From contig SYLI01000048.1 in the NCBI GenBank assembly GCA_005809105.1, positions 555 through 64,554 on the forward strand: DNA of 64,000 nucleotides. The letters run 5' to 3'. The translations under genes and the position numbers were made by a program. The notes beneath the pieces are model-generated. The model was not told the DNA's origin. It saw only the letters and a program-made list of their open reading frames with translations, and searched no databases. Positions 1 to 12,367 of this stretch are shown piece after piece. Each line of letters opens with the position of its first letter. Position 1 is the first letter of the stretch. Source of the stretch: Verrucomicrobiales bacterium (GTDB taxonomy: Bacteria; Verrucomicrobiota; Verrucomicrobiia; Limisphaerales; UBA1100).

Positions 1-1
1 A

Positions 2-601
2 AAGGGAAACGGGAAACCCGACGGTGGCGGCGGGGCAAAGCCCGGGGCAGAGCCCGGAGATGAAGAGGCGGCTTGGTTGGCCCGTGCGCTGGATCGGCTG
101 GACGCGGCGGCGAATCCCGCACGCGCATTGCCCCCGCCGCGAGGAAGTGCGGCGCAAGGAAATCCAAATTCAAATCCGAAGGCGGGCCCCAAACAGCCCG
201 GGACGCCGGATGCGAATGCGCAACAGGCGGCAGCGGAAGCCGCCGCGGCCGACGCGATTCGTCAGGCCGTGCAGGAACAGGAACGCGCCATGGCTGAGGC
301 GCGCGAGGCGGGGCTCGCACCGGGCCAGCTGCCGCCACCGGGAGCAGGCGAGGGCACGGGCGCGGCGCCGACTCCGCCAAGACTCAATGCGGTGGAGCTG
401 CCGAATCTTGAAGTCATCAAGTTGGATGAGTTGATGGAGAACTGGGCGAAGCTCAAACCCAAGGAGCGCCAGCAGGTGATCGAGCGGATGCGCGAGAAGT
501 GGCCGGAACGCTATCGCAAGGCCATCGAGGCTTACCTCGCGGTGGTGGGTGAAAAGCAATCCGGCCAGCCTGTTGTGCCGGCACCGGGCGGGCGCAAATG
601 A
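2..601 (+). CDS. hypothetical protein, 5'-truncated by the window edge (Ala/Pro/Gln-rich, helical C-terminal part)
   Basis: Frame of ORF 77..601 stays open back to nt 2. Its stop TGA 599..601 overlaps the next ATG (ATGA at 598). No family recognised. Confidence 0.45.
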   Translation, partial: KGNGKPDGGGGAKPGAEPGDEEAAWLARALDRLDAAANPARALPPPRGSAAQGNPNSNPKAGPKQPGTPDANAQQAAAEAAAADAIRQAVQEQERAMAEAREAGLAPGQLPPPGAGEGTGAAPTPPRLNAVELPNLEVIKLDELMENWAKLKPKERQQVIERMREKWPERYRKAIEAYLAVVGEKQSGQPVVPAPGGRK

Positions 602-1722
602 ACCGCTTCGGGATTCACTTGGTTCTGACACTGGCGGTGTCGCTGGCGCCGGAAGGCCATGCGGCCGACCGGGTGGACGCGGCGGTCGAGCGCGGGGTCA
701 AGTTTCTGGTCAGCCATCAAGTGAAGGCAGGCGTTGCCGACCAGCTGGGCTCATTCGAAGTGGCCGACGAACCGGTGCGGTGGGCCGCGCGCAACACGTA
801 TCCGATGACGGCGCTGGCGGTCATGGCCATGGCGGCGGTGGGCCACCAGCCCACGGAACCCGGCGGCGCGGGAGAAGCCATGAGGCTGGGGATCAATTTC
901 TTGATCCGATCCAATCCCGCGCGCGACCGGCAGAGTGGCTACTTCGGCGTGGACGGCTCGCGCATGTACGGCCACGGCATCACGACCCTTTGCCTGGGCG
1001 AATTGCTGGGGATGGGTGTGGACAAGGCGCAGGATCGTCGCATCCGTCCGGAACTTGAGAAGGCGGTGGACCTCATCCTGCGGGCGCAGCAGGTGCCCAA
1101 GTTTAATCCGATCTACCAGGGCGGCTGGCGGTACGAGCCCTCCTCCAACGACTCCGACCTGTCGATCACCGTCTGGCAGGTGATGGCGTTGCGCTCGGCA
1201 CAGAATGCAGGATTGCGCGTGCCCCCGCAGAATATCGACCTCGCCGTGCGCTATCTGGAGCGCAGCTACCAGTCGCCGCGCGACGGCGGCGGGCGCCCGA
1301 CCAATCCCCGCACGGGTTTTGGCTACGTGCCGCAGTCGCGCCCGCAGTTTGCGACCACCGCGGCGGGGTTGCTGTCCTTGCAGGTGTGCAACAAGCTCGA
1401 CGCACCCGAGGTCATCGGCGCAGCAAATTTTCTGGAGACCATGGACATCAATCCTGAAATCCTGTGGTTCTACTACGGCATGTACTACTATTCTCAGGGC
1501 ATGCAGAAGCGCGCCAATGACGACCCCAACTCCGAGGGCAGCCAGCAGGCGCGCAAGGCGCGGGAGAATGTCGAGCGCGTCATGCTGCACCAGCAGAAGG
1601 CCGATGGCTCGTGGGAGGCGGCCAATCGCACCGAGAACGATGCCGGAAAAATCTACTGCACCTCGATGGCGATCTTGAGCCTCTCGGTCAAGTACCACTT
1701 CCTTCCCATCTACCAGCACTAG
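598..1722 (+). CDS. secreted prenyltransferase/squalene-oxidase-repeat (terpenoid-cyclase-like alpha/alpha toroid) protein
   Basis: 374 aa with an N-terminal signal-like segment (MNRFGIHLVLTLAVSLAPEGHA). Repeat signature QGGWRYEPSSNDSDLSITVWQVMALRSAQNAGL and ADGSWE are typical of this repeat family. ATGA coupling to the upstream gene. Confidence 0.6.
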   Translation: MNRFGIHLVLTLAVSLAPEGHAADRVDAAVERGVKFLVSHQVKAGVADQLGSFEVADEPVRWAARNTYPMTALAVMAMAAVGHQPTEPGGAGEAMRLGINFLIRSNPARDRQSGYFGVDGSRMYGHGITTLCLGELLGMGVDKAQDRRIRPELEKAVDLILRAQQVPKFNPIYQGGWRYEPSSNDSDLSITVWQVMALRSAQNAGLRVPPQNIDLAVRYLERSYQSPRDGGGRPTNPRTGFGYVPQSRPQFATTAAGLLSLQVCNKLDAPEVIGAANFLETMDINPEILWFYYGMYYYSQGMQKRANDDPNSEGSQQARKARENVERVMLHQQKADGSWEAANRTENDAGKIYCTSMAILSLSVKYHFLPIYQH

Positions 1723-1796
1723 CTGGCGCAGCTCCTGGGTGCTTTCCCCCGAAGGGGATTGCAAATTGACCGGCCTGCCGCATCCTAGCGTCCGTC

Positions 1797-3143
1797 ATGT
1801 CCCAGGACGGCTTCATCAAGACCGCCTGTCAGGCCTGCGAAGGACGGCTGGAATTGCCGCTCGAATCGGTGGGCATTCCTTTTGCCTGCCCGCGTTGCGG
1901 CACCAAACTGGAGCTGGCATTCAAGTGCGCCTGCGAACACTGCGGAGGGCCGTTGTCCTTTCCGGCGGACGCCGTGGGACACCACATCGACTGCGGCCAC
2001 TGTCACGGAAGCACGCTGCTGATGCTCTCCGCCATTCGCGTGGGCGGAGAACTTTCGCCCGCCGCGCCTTCGCCGTCGGCACCAGCACCCGCAGCGCCGC
2101 AGGTTTCAATTCCCGCTGCGGAAACGCGCGCGGCTGCTCCCGTGCCTGCCGCCCCTGATCCGGCGGCAACGATGGATTTGAGTCGTGCAGTGGGTTCACG
2201 CCCGGCGAAGCCACAGGAGGGAAGCTCTCCTGCAGTTTCAGAGGCAGCGCCGAAGCCTGCCGAACGGGTGGCAGCGCCTCCGAGGCGGCCCGACCCCCAG
2301 AAGGCATCCGGCGTGTCTGCACCCGCGCGGCCCGCGTCCGCGCCCGCCCGGCCATCGGGGCCGCCGCGTGGACAGGGCGTCAAAGGGCCACCGCGTCCGG
2401 CCGCGCAGGGCGACGCACCCAAGCCGGAGAGCCCGCCGAGTGATCCCGTCAAGCCCGAGGAATCGCAGGCGGGCGTGGAAGTGGCGGCCCCCCGACGGCC
2501 GGGGGCTGCGGCTCCCGCAAAGAAGAGCGTGCTCAGTCCCGGCGACGCTGCAGCGGCGCGACAGGCTGCGGGGGGCGGAGGAAAGATTGCGCCCACCGCG
2601 TCGCAGGCGGCTGCAGCCGAAGCGGAAAAGCAATCCGGGCGATTGGAAAAGATCAAGGAGAAGGCCGCCCTCGTGCTGGTGTGCGTCGTCGTCCTGGGCA
2701 TCGTGAGCTGGTTCTTCGCACTGCCTCTGTTGGAGAAGGGAGGGGATGACACGCTGGTCAGCTTGCTCGGCATCAAACCCAAACCGAAAAACCCCTCCGG
2801 CATCGCGCCCGTGGCCAAAGCCAGACTGGAGGACATCGAGGTGGACGAATCCTCGGTGGAACTCAAGTTGGGTGCCGCCAATCTGGCCGCCCTCTCCGGC
2901 AAGGTGAAGAACAGCGGAAAGAAAAACCTGCGCGAGATCCGGCTCACCTTTGAGGTGACGCTGGAGGGGGGGGCAAACGCCCCTCCGGAACGGTGTTCGG
3001 TGGACATTCCCAAGCTGGCGGCAGGCCAGGAATTGACCTTCAGTGAGAACGGCGCGCTGGTCATCGCGCCCGAGGCGAAGCCCATGATCAAGCTGGCAAA
3101 AAAACAGGCGCGCATCGACGAGCCCGCGCCTCCGGCCAAATAG
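1797..3143 (+). CDS. zinc-ribbon protein with long Pro/Ala-rich linker, one TM helix and a C-terminal globular domain
   Basis: N-terminal CxxC pairs (CQACEG..CPRCG..CEHCG..CGHCHG), about 230 aa of P/A/S low complexity, then TM AALVLVCVVVLGIVSWFFALPLL. No family recognised. Confidence 0.55.
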   Translation: MSQDGFIKTACQACEGRLELPLESVGIPFACPRCGTKLELAFKCACEHCGGPLSFPADAVGHHIDCGHCHGSTLLMLSAIRVGGELSPAAPSPSAPAPAAPQVSIPAAETRAAAPVPAAPDPAATMDLSRAVGSRPAKPQEGSSPAVSEAAPKPAERVAAPPRRPDPQKASGVSAPARPASAPARPSGPPRGQGVKGPPRPAAQGDAPKPESPPSDPVKPEESQAGVEVAAPRRPGAAAPAKKSVLSPGDAAAARQAAGGGGKIAPTASQAAAAEAEKQSGRLEKIKEKAALVLVCVVVLGIVSWFFALPLLEKGGDDTLVSLLGIKPKPKNPSGIAPVAKARLEDIEVDESSVELKLGAANLAALSGKVKNSGKKNLREIRLTFEVTLEGGANAPPERCSVDIPKLAAGQELTFSENGALVIAPEAKPMIKLAKKQARIDEPAPPAK

Positions 3144-3144
3144 G

Positions 3145-3912
3145 TCAGCGCAGGAAGCGGCCGCCGTTGATGTCCAGCAGCGCGCCGTTCATGAAGCGCG
3201 ACGCGTCGCTTGCCAAAAACAGAACCGCAGAGGCCACTTCCTCGGCTGCGCCGTTGCGCCCCAGCGGCGTTTCGCGCCGGTACGCCTCCATTCGATCCGC
3301 CGTGGAAAACACCTCGTGATGGCGGGTCTGGATGACGCCGGGCATGATGGCATTGGTGCGCACGGCCGGTGCCAGCTCGCGCGCCAGCGTCCGTGTCAGC
3401 ACCTGCAACCCTCCCTTGGCGACGGCGTACGGGCCAGCGCCATTGGCGCCGCCGGTTTGGATGGACAGCGTCAGGTTGTTCACGATGGCGCCGTTGCCGC
3501 TGGCGCGGAGGTGAGGGATGGCTTTTTGGATGACCAGAAATGCGCCCGTCAGGTTAGTCGCCAAGGCCGCATGCCAAAGCTCCAGCGGGCAATCCTCGAT
3601 GCGCTGGCGTTGGATGGGAGTGCCGGCGTTGTTGATGAGGATGTCCAGCCGCTTTGTCTGCGCCACGAGCGAGCCCACCAGTTCCGACGCCTGCGTTGCA
3701 TCTGCCAGATCGGCACGCAGCGTGACCCCATCGCCACCAGCCTGCCGTATTTCCGCTAGAGTGGCATGAGCCGCCTCGTGGCTGGTGTGAAAATGGATGC
3801 CGACAAACGCACCGGCCCGGGACAGCTTGAGCGCGATGGCGCGGCCAATGCCCGTCCCTGCGCCGGTCACCAGCGCCACGCGTCCCTTGAGGCAAGATTC
3901 ATCCTGCGCCAT
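3145..3912 (-). CDS. SDR family oxidoreductase (FabG-like)
   Basis: Motifs GRVALVTGAGTGIGRAIA (TGxxxGxG), NNAG and YAVAKGG (YxxxK). The ATG at 3912 is preferred over the GTG at 3924, which lies 3 nt from the upstream stop. Confidence 0.85.
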   Translation of the reverse strand: MAQDESCLKGRVALVTGAGTGIGRAIALKLSRAGAFVGIHFHTSHEAAHATLAEIRQAGGDGVTLRADLADATQASELVGSLVAQTKRLDILINNAGTPIQRQRIEDCPLELWHAALATNLTGAFLVIQKAIPHLRASGNGAIVNNLTLSIQTGGANGAGPYAVAKGGLQVLTRTLARELAPAVRTNAIMPGVIQTRHHEVFSTADRMEAYRRETPLGRNGAAEEVASAVLFLASDASRFMNGALLDINGGRFLR

Positions 3913-3927
3913 GCCGTGCCCCACGGT

Positions 3928-6900
3928 TCAGCGCAGGATGAGTGCGTCGGCCAGGTCCAAGTCGAAGAGCAGATCCTTGCCATCGCGCGCAATGGGCCTT
4001 CCCGATGCCAGCGTGGCACTGGTGGTTGGCAGCGTGGTGCTCAGGCGCAGTTGTTTCACCGGCCCGGCGCTCCAGTTGACCAAGATGACGGCCGTGCCCT
4101 TGGGCGATTGGATGACGGAGGGTTCAACCAGTTTCTCCGAACAGGTGACCGGACGCTCCACCTTGGCAAGGGCTGAACCGATGATCGCGCTGGCAGCAGG
4201 GTGAAACTGCGTGGGGATGAAATGCGCAAAGGATTCGTTGACCGTGCCGCGGTCAACAGGCCGCTTGGGCACGGCTGGATGATAATACGCCAGGCCCGGA
4301 AGGAAGGCGCAGTAGATGGCCTTGCCGCTGCCTTGCGCACGCTCGGTGAGAGCGGGAGTGCCGTCATTCAATTTCCAGGTAACCTTCGCGGTCTTCGCCG
4401 TGATGCGGCTGCGGACACCGATGACCGGCAGCGAGGCGGCCTTGTCCGATCCGGCGGCATCGGCTTTTGCAAAGTCGATCGGTGACACGAAGGGCAGGTC
4501 CTGTTTAATCATGTCCACCTGCGCGCCGGCGGGCTCGTCCAGCGCGGTCTGCTCGATGCCCAACAACTCGCGCAGCGCCGCATTGGGGCGGCTGAGTTCG
4601 TCAAACATGCCCGCTCCCGCCGTGGCGAAGAGCGTGCCACCGCGAGCCACCCACGCGGCGATCTGCTTGCTGGCCGATTGCGACACGTGGGCATCGGTGA
4701 GATAGAGCGCGCGGTAGCCATCGAGCGTGCTGTTGTGCGCATCGGCCTCCACCACAAAATCCAGCGGCGCCTGCTGGTGGATGATGGCGGTGTAGAGCGC
4801 GCGCTTGGCGGCGCCAAAGGATCCGTGATTGTCATCCCAGATGTCCCCGGTTTCGCTGAACCACAACGCAGCCTGCGCCGGGCGGCTGCGTCCACTCTGG
4901 ATGATGTCCTCGAACTGGCCCATTTCCCGGAAGCTGCGCAGGATCGTGCGATACATCTCCGGCAGGCTGCAGTGGTTCTCGGTGTACGCCGCCTGCACGG
5001 GGCGGAACTCGAACAGGTTCACCACCTGCATGCCGTGGCCCAACGCGCCGTAAAAAAGGCGGCGCCAGGTTTCCGGCGTGTTGCCCGGCCAGTGGGGCAT
5101 GCAGTAGTAGTGGATCTTCGCCCCGGTCTTGCCGCGGATGCCTGCGCGGAACATGTCGAGGTTGATATTATTCATCTGCGCCGTTCCGACGGGCATCTGG
5201 AAGATGTAGTCCTCGCCCCACGGCTGCGTCATGCCCTCCTCACGGAAGACGCTGATCCACTTGTACACCTCGCCCAGATAGCGGTGGTTCGCCGGATAAT
5301 GCGGCGAGTAATTGGCGCCGATGCCCGCGTTTGGAAGATGGCGCCGCAGGATGTCCGTGCGCTGCTTGATGGCCTGGATGCCATAGTGGTACTCGAACCG
5401 CTTGGACCAGTAGAAGACGCCGGGCTTGGCGGCCTTGATGTCCTCTTTGGGGTGGTACGCCACGGCGGCCCAGTCGGGCGCGCCGCTCAGCACGTCCTGC
5501 GGCTTGAGGTTTTGCGTCTTGAGCCAGGCGACAAACTCCGCCGTGGCCGTGGCGGCGGGCGGTGTGGGCAGGCCGATTTCATCACCAAGACTGACGCACG
5601 CGATGCGCTGCGCGCGGGCACCCAGCTTCTGGCAGTATTCGGCCAGCTTCTCGGTGGGCACGCCGCGCACGTCAATGTATTCGTCCACGCGGGCGGCGGT
5701 GCTGCCGGTTTCCGTATCGGCCAGCGCGAAGAGTTTCTTAAACTCCACAATCGCCGCGTCATGCGCCGCGCCCAGCCCGGGCGAGAAGGTGCCGCCGTAA
5801 ATCACCGTCTGGGTCGGGGCGCGCCCGCGCAACGGCTCCTTCCGGATCTCGGTGAGCAGATCGTGGATCAGGTTTTCCTGCAGGCGCAGGCGGCGCGAGT
5901 AGCGCGTGTCGGCATCGGCGGCGAGCTGCAATTTGTCGGTCGCCTCGAAGGTTGCGAAGGGTTCAATCTTGCCTGCGGCTGTCTTCAGGCCAAAGACGGC
6001 GCGGCACTTGCCCTTGCACGAAAACTCCCACTGGCCGTCGTTAAGGGTATCCATCGTGCCGCCCACCTCCACCCAGTCTGAAGTTTTCCCGGGCGCAACA
6101 TCCACCTTCACCGCCGGCCAGTTGCGCAGGTGCACCCAGTAAGGCGAGTGCTGCTGCCAGTTGCCGCCTCCGGATGCGCCGCCCCCGGTGAATGCCAGGG
6201 GCGCGGCCCCGAGGTTGGTCACCTGCACCCACACGTCGCCGGCCTGCGTGAGCATGCCATCCAGCGGCAGATAGCTCTCCTTCTCGATGCGCATCTTCAC
6301 CTGTGCTTCGTCGGTGGTGAGCAGGAGGCAGTCCACGTTGCGCCGCGCGGCAGGCTCGGGCTGCGTGCCCGCACTGAGCGTGATGGTGGCCAGGCCCGGC
6401 TCGAGCTGCGCGAAGGCATCGTGGCCCTCCCACACGATGTTCTCCGAAGCGCCCCAGCTCCACGACAACTCCGTTTTTAGCTTCTCGCTGAATGCCCAGA
6501 TCTTGAGGTTGCTGCGCGCACCATAGAGGCGGTCGAGAACCGGCTTGCCGGCCTGCTCCACGCGCACGCGGAATTGCGTCTCGAAACGGTATGCCGCCTC
6601 GTATCGCGCCAGCACGAGATAACGGCCGGCCTTGGGCACCTGAACCTGAATGCGCGCCACCGCATTGGTCGCCTGCTCGGGCGCACCGAGGAATGCCTTG
6701 CGGCTGAGAAACGAGTTGGCGAACGTGGCGGCGTAATAATTCTGGCCCCACGGCTTGGCCTGCCACGATGAGGCGGCAGCGGGCTGGAACTCCTCCGCTT
6801 CAACAAGTAGGTTGCCATCCGATGAGGCCACGACCGCATGGCTGCCACGGAAGGCACCGGGCGCATCCGCCACCGCCGGAATCTGGCAGGCGGTTCCAAG

Positions 6901-6963
6901 GAGCATTGCGAGCGCTGCACCCGGCAGCCGAAGTTGGTGGGGGAATCCAGGGTTTGATTTCAT
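3928..6963 (-). CDS. large secreted protein, function unknown (possible glycoside-hydrolase-like barrel plus GATase-like middle domain, tentative)
   Basis: Long ORF. Internal ATG at 6963 gives the signal peptide MKSNPGFPHQLRLPGAALAMLLGTACQIPAVA. Coding-type composition throughout. The family assignment is only a weak by-eye impression. Confidence 0.7.
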   Translation of the reverse strand: MKSNPGFPHQLRLPGAALAMLLGTACQIPAVADAPGAFRGSHAVVASSDGNLLVEAEEFQPAAASSWQAKPWGQNYYAATFANSFLSRKAFLGAPEQATNAVARIQVQVPKAGRYLVLARYEAAYRFETQFRVRVEQAGKPVLDRLYGARSNLKIWAFSEKLKTELSWSWGASENIVWEGHDAFAQLEPGLATITLSAGTQPEPAARRNVDCLLLTTDEAQVKMRIEKESYLPLDGMLTQAGDVWVQVTNLGAAPLAFTGGGASGGGNWQQHSPYWVHLRNWPAVKVDVAPGKTSDWVEVGGTMDTLNDGQWEFSCKGKCRAVFGLKTAAGKIEPFATFEATDKLQLAADADTRYSRRLRLQENLIHDLLTEIRKEPLRGRAPTQTVIYGGTFSPGLGAAHDAAIVEFKKLFALADTETGSTAARVDEYIDVRGVPTEKLAEYCQKLGARAQRIACVSLGDEIGLPTPPAATATAEFVAWLKTQNLKPQDVLSGAPDWAAVAYHPKEDIKAAKPGVFYWSKRFEYHYGIQAIKQRTDILRRHLPNAGIGANYSPHYPANHRYLGEVYKWISVFREEGMTQPWGEDYIFQMPVGTAQMNNINLDMFRAGIRGKTGAKIHYYCMPHWPGNTPETWRRLFYGALGHGMQVVNLFEFRPVQAAYTENHCSLPEMYRTILRSFREMGQFEDIIQSGRSRPAQAALWFSETGDIWDDNHGSFGAAKRALYTAIIHQQAPLDFVVEADAHNSTLDGYRALYLTDAHVSQSASKQIAAWVARGGTLFATAGAGMFDELSRPNAALRELLGIEQTALDEPAGAQVDMIKQDLPFVSPIDFAKADAAGSDKAASLPVIGVRSRITAKTAKVTWKLNDGTPALTERAQGSGKAIYCAFLPGLAYYHPAVPKRPVDRGTVNESFAHFIPTQFHPAASAIIGSALAKVERPVTCSEKLVEPSVIQSPKGTAVILVNWSAGPVKQLRLSTTLPTTSATLASGRPIARDGKDLLFDLDLADALILR

Positions 6964-7061
6964 GAGTTTAGGAGTGACGCAAGATGGCCGCTTGCGGGAG
7001 GTTGGAATGCATGGCCCGCATTGGACACCAATGCCGCCTGCCTTCTTCACGGTGGAGGTGT

Positions 7062-7430
7062 TCAACGCTCCAGAGGCCAGTCTGCGGCGATCATGGCGCG
7101 GTAGCCGCCTTCCAGCGACCGCACCTGCGTGTAGCCCATCTGCTGCGCGACATCGCAGGTAAGCGCCGACCGAAATCCGCCACCGCAGTACATGATGATC
7201 TCCGTATTCTTGTCGGGAAAGCGCGCCTCAATGTCGCGTTCTAAAACACCCTTGCCCAGATGCTGCGCGTTCTTCGCGTGGCCGCGGTCCCACTCGCTTT
7301 CCTCGCGCACATCCAGCAGCACCGCCTGCAAGTTCGCGGCGAGCCTGGCGCGCGCTTCCGACAGCGACACTTCCTTCACACGAGACTTGGCCTCCTGTAC
7401 AACCTTGAGAAAGCCCGGAGCGTGGTTCAC
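7062..7430 (-). CDS. single-domain rhodanese-like sulfurtransferase
   Basis: LLDVREESEWDRGHAKNAQHL ... IIMYCGGGFRSA (active-site loop CGGGFRS) ... LEGGYRAM. The start is uncertain: GTG 7430 avoids overlap with the divergent EamA gene; ATG 7541 is the alternative. Confidence 0.75.
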   Translation of the reverse strand: MNHAPGFLKVVQEAKSRVKEVSLSEARARLAANLQAVLLDVREESEWDRGHAKNAQHLGKGVLERDIEARFPDKNTEIIMYCGGGFRSALTCDVAQQMGYTQVRSLEGGYRAMIAADWPLER

Positions 7431-7476
7431 GTGGGCAACGTAATCCCGACTTGGGAACGACTCAAACCCTTTTCCG

Positions 7477-8430
7477 TTGCCAGCGCGATGCTCAGCCGCC
7501 TTAAATCGCCGCGTGCCGCCGGCCCGGTCCAACTCTCTCATCGCGCTGACGCTGGTGGTGGTGATGGTGTTTTGGGGAGGCAACAATGCCGCCGCCAAGC
7601 ATCTCATCGCCAGCGGCTGGGGTCCCTTCTGGACAAGCTCAAGTCGCATGGGGCTTTGTGCGCTGCTACTGATGCTGCTCATGCGCTGGACACCGTGGTT
7701 TGGCGTTCGGCGCGAACCCGACCCAGCTTTGCGCCGCGAGCTTTGGTGGCGCGGTGGGCTGAGTCTGGCGGTGTACGCCGCGGTGTTCACCTACTCTCTC
7801 CAGCACACCTCCGTGGCGCGCGTGGCGGTGTTTCTGGGCGCGTCGCCGCTGTGGATGCTGCTCATGGAGGGCCGCGGCCACCACGGCTGGCAGGGCGTGC
7901 GGCGATTCGCGGCGGCGTTCATCGCCCTGTCGGGCGTGATTCTCCTCTTCTGGCCACAGTTGAGAGGCGGTGGCAACTGGCTGGGCGACGGCTTGGGATT
8001 GCTCGCGGGCGTCCTGTGGGCGGGCTACTGCCGGTTGTGCGGCGCGTTTCAGGGTCGCCTCAACGGTTCGGAGATCACGGCTCATACGATGGGCCGCGCG
8101 GCGATCCTGCTGGCACCACTCGCGGCGTGGGAGATCGCCTCCAAGCCGCCGTTGCTGGCGCCGCAGTTGGTGGGGCTTCAAGTCTACTGCGCGGTTTTTG
8201 GTGGCGTGATTGCCTTCGGAGTGTGGCATGGCGCGCTCCTGCGGTGGCCGCCGGGGCGCGTCTTCCTTTTTAACAACCTCATTCCACTCACCACCATGCT
8301 CTTCGCGTGGCAATTTCTTGGCGAGAAGGTGAGCGGCACCTTTCTGCTGGCCATGGCGCTTGTGGTGGCGGGCGTCATCCTCGGGCAGACCGGGCCGCCG
8401 CCTGCGGCGGTGCCGCCAGCCCGCGAGTGA
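7477..8430 (+). CDS. EamA/DMT-family transporter
   Basis: About 10 predicted TM helices in a two-half repeat architecture. Contains VFWGGNNAAAKHL and a C-terminal half ending GEKVSGTFLLAMALVVAGVIL. Start is TTG 7477 or GTG 7513. Confidence 0.8.
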   Translation: MPARCSAALNRRVPPARSNSLIALTLVVVMVFWGGNNAAAKHLIASGWGPFWTSSSRMGLCALLLMLLMRWTPWFGVRREPDPALRRELWWRGGLSLAVYAAVFTYSLQHTSVARVAVFLGASPLWMLLMEGRGHHGWQGVRRFAAAFIALSGVILLFWPQLRGGGNWLGDGLGLLAGVLWAGYCRLCGAFQGRLNGSEITAHTMGRAAILLAPLAAWEIASKPPLLAPQLVGLQVYCAVFGGVIAFGVWHGALLRWPPGRVFLFNNLIPLTTMLFAWQFLGEKVSGTFLLAMALVVAGVILGQTGPPPAAVPPARE

Positions 8431-8488
8431 TCCGGCGCAAAGGCTTTGCCATTGCCAGCCGCCGTCGCCCGCGCCCATCATCAGCCCC

Positions 8489-8742
8489 ATGTATCAACCG
8501 GCGAAGGTAAAGCTCTACGTCAAGCCCGCCTGCGGCTGGTGCCGACAGGCCGAGCACTGGCTTAAGAGCAACGGTGTCAGGTTCGATGCCGTGGACGTGA
8601 TTGAAAATCCGGCGGAGTTTGACGAGATGGTCCGGCTCACCGGTCAGACGCTTGCACCCTGCATTGATGTGGATGGGCAGGTGCTGGCCGACTTTGACGC
8701 GCGCGAGCTCGTGCAATTCTGGAAGAAGCTGGGAGAGCCGAA

Positions 8743-8746
<4 letters not shown>
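8489..8746 (+). CDS. glutaredoxin/NrdH-like thioredoxin-fold protein
   Basis: 85 aa starting MYQPAKVKLYVKPACGWCRQAEHWL (CxxC), with ...TLAPCIDVDGQVL. ATGA overlap with the lipA start at 8743. Confidence 0.75.
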
Positions 8747-11656
<2,910 letters not shown>

Positions 11657-11836
11657 GGCGGCGAGGGTGCGACCTTGCACTTTTTGCCGTGTTTCGTGTG
11701 AGTAACCTAACCTTGCCGGGTTGGTCTGTATCCTGCTACGAACACTCGCAGCGCAGGATGTCGCAGCAGGAGTAGGAACCAGGGAGGGCGCCACAAAGAG
11801 GACTCACAAGGCTGACTTGTGACCTGAACCATTGGC

Positions 11837-12346
11837 ATGCTGAAAACGATACAACTGGAACCACCCGACACGCACCATCTGGCTGCGGCCGAGGGGTGGG
11901 TTGACTTGGGCAATTTTTCCGAGGCCCAAGCCGAGATCGAGTGCATCTCTCCATTGGGCCGTCAGAACTTCAACGTCCTTCAGGTGCAGTGGCACGTCCA
12001 CAACCGGCTCAAGGAATGGCAGGACTGCCTGCGGCTTGGCCGTGTGATGATCGCGCTCAGCCCGCGCCTGCCCCAAAGCTGGATCAATTGCGGCAACGCC
12101 CTCTTCTACTTGGGCCAGTATGATGAAGCCTTCCTGCTGCTGTTTCCCAAGATGCGGGAATTTCCCAACGACGAGGCCATCCCTTACAATCTGGCGTGCT
12201 ACAAGTGCCAGTCGGGCGATTTGAAGCAGGCGCGAGCGCTGCTGCAGCGCGCCCTGCGCGTGGGCGACTACAAGCGCATCCGCAGTCTGGCACTGAAAGA
12301 TCCCGACTTGGAGCCCCTCTGGAAGGCTGGCGACTGCCTTCAGTGA
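11837..12346 (+). CDS. TPR-like repeat protein
   Basis: 169 aa with helical repeats (GNALFYLGQYDEA.., YNLACYKCQSGDLKQARALLQRAL) and a C-terminal DPDLEPLW motif shared with the 17864..18280 gene. Confidence 0.6.
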   Translation: MLKTIQLEPPDTHHLAAAEGWVDLGNFSEAQAEIECISPLGRQNFNVLQVQWHVHNRLKEWQDCLRLGRVMIALSPRLPQSWINCGNALFYLGQYDEAFLLLFPKMREFPNDEAIPYNLACYKCQSGDLKQARALLQRALRVGDYKRIRSLALKDPDLEPLWKAGDCLQ

Positions 12347-12367
12347 GTCTGCTGTTGTGCCGGTGCA

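Noticed and set aside
751-3139. Minus-strand ORFs 751..1764 and 2003..3139
   Set aside because: They are antisense to the prenyltransferase-repeat gene and the zinc-ribbon/PA-rich gene. No signal peptides or motifs were seen, and they are GC-driven open frames.
4678-6081. 467-aa + strand ORF
   Set aside because: It lies entirely antisense to the 1011-aa secreted-protein gene. The Arg/Ala/Gly/His-rich composition is typical of shadow frames in high-GC DNA, and no motif was recognised.
11657-11836. 180-nt intergenic region after ligA with two 7-bp hairpins (ATCCTGC...GCAGGAT; TCACAAG-GCTGA-CTTGTGA) as a possible small RNA
   Set aside because: The stems are short, there are no flanking promoter or terminator signals, and there is no resemblance to a known RNA family that I can recall. 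This is insufficient support.
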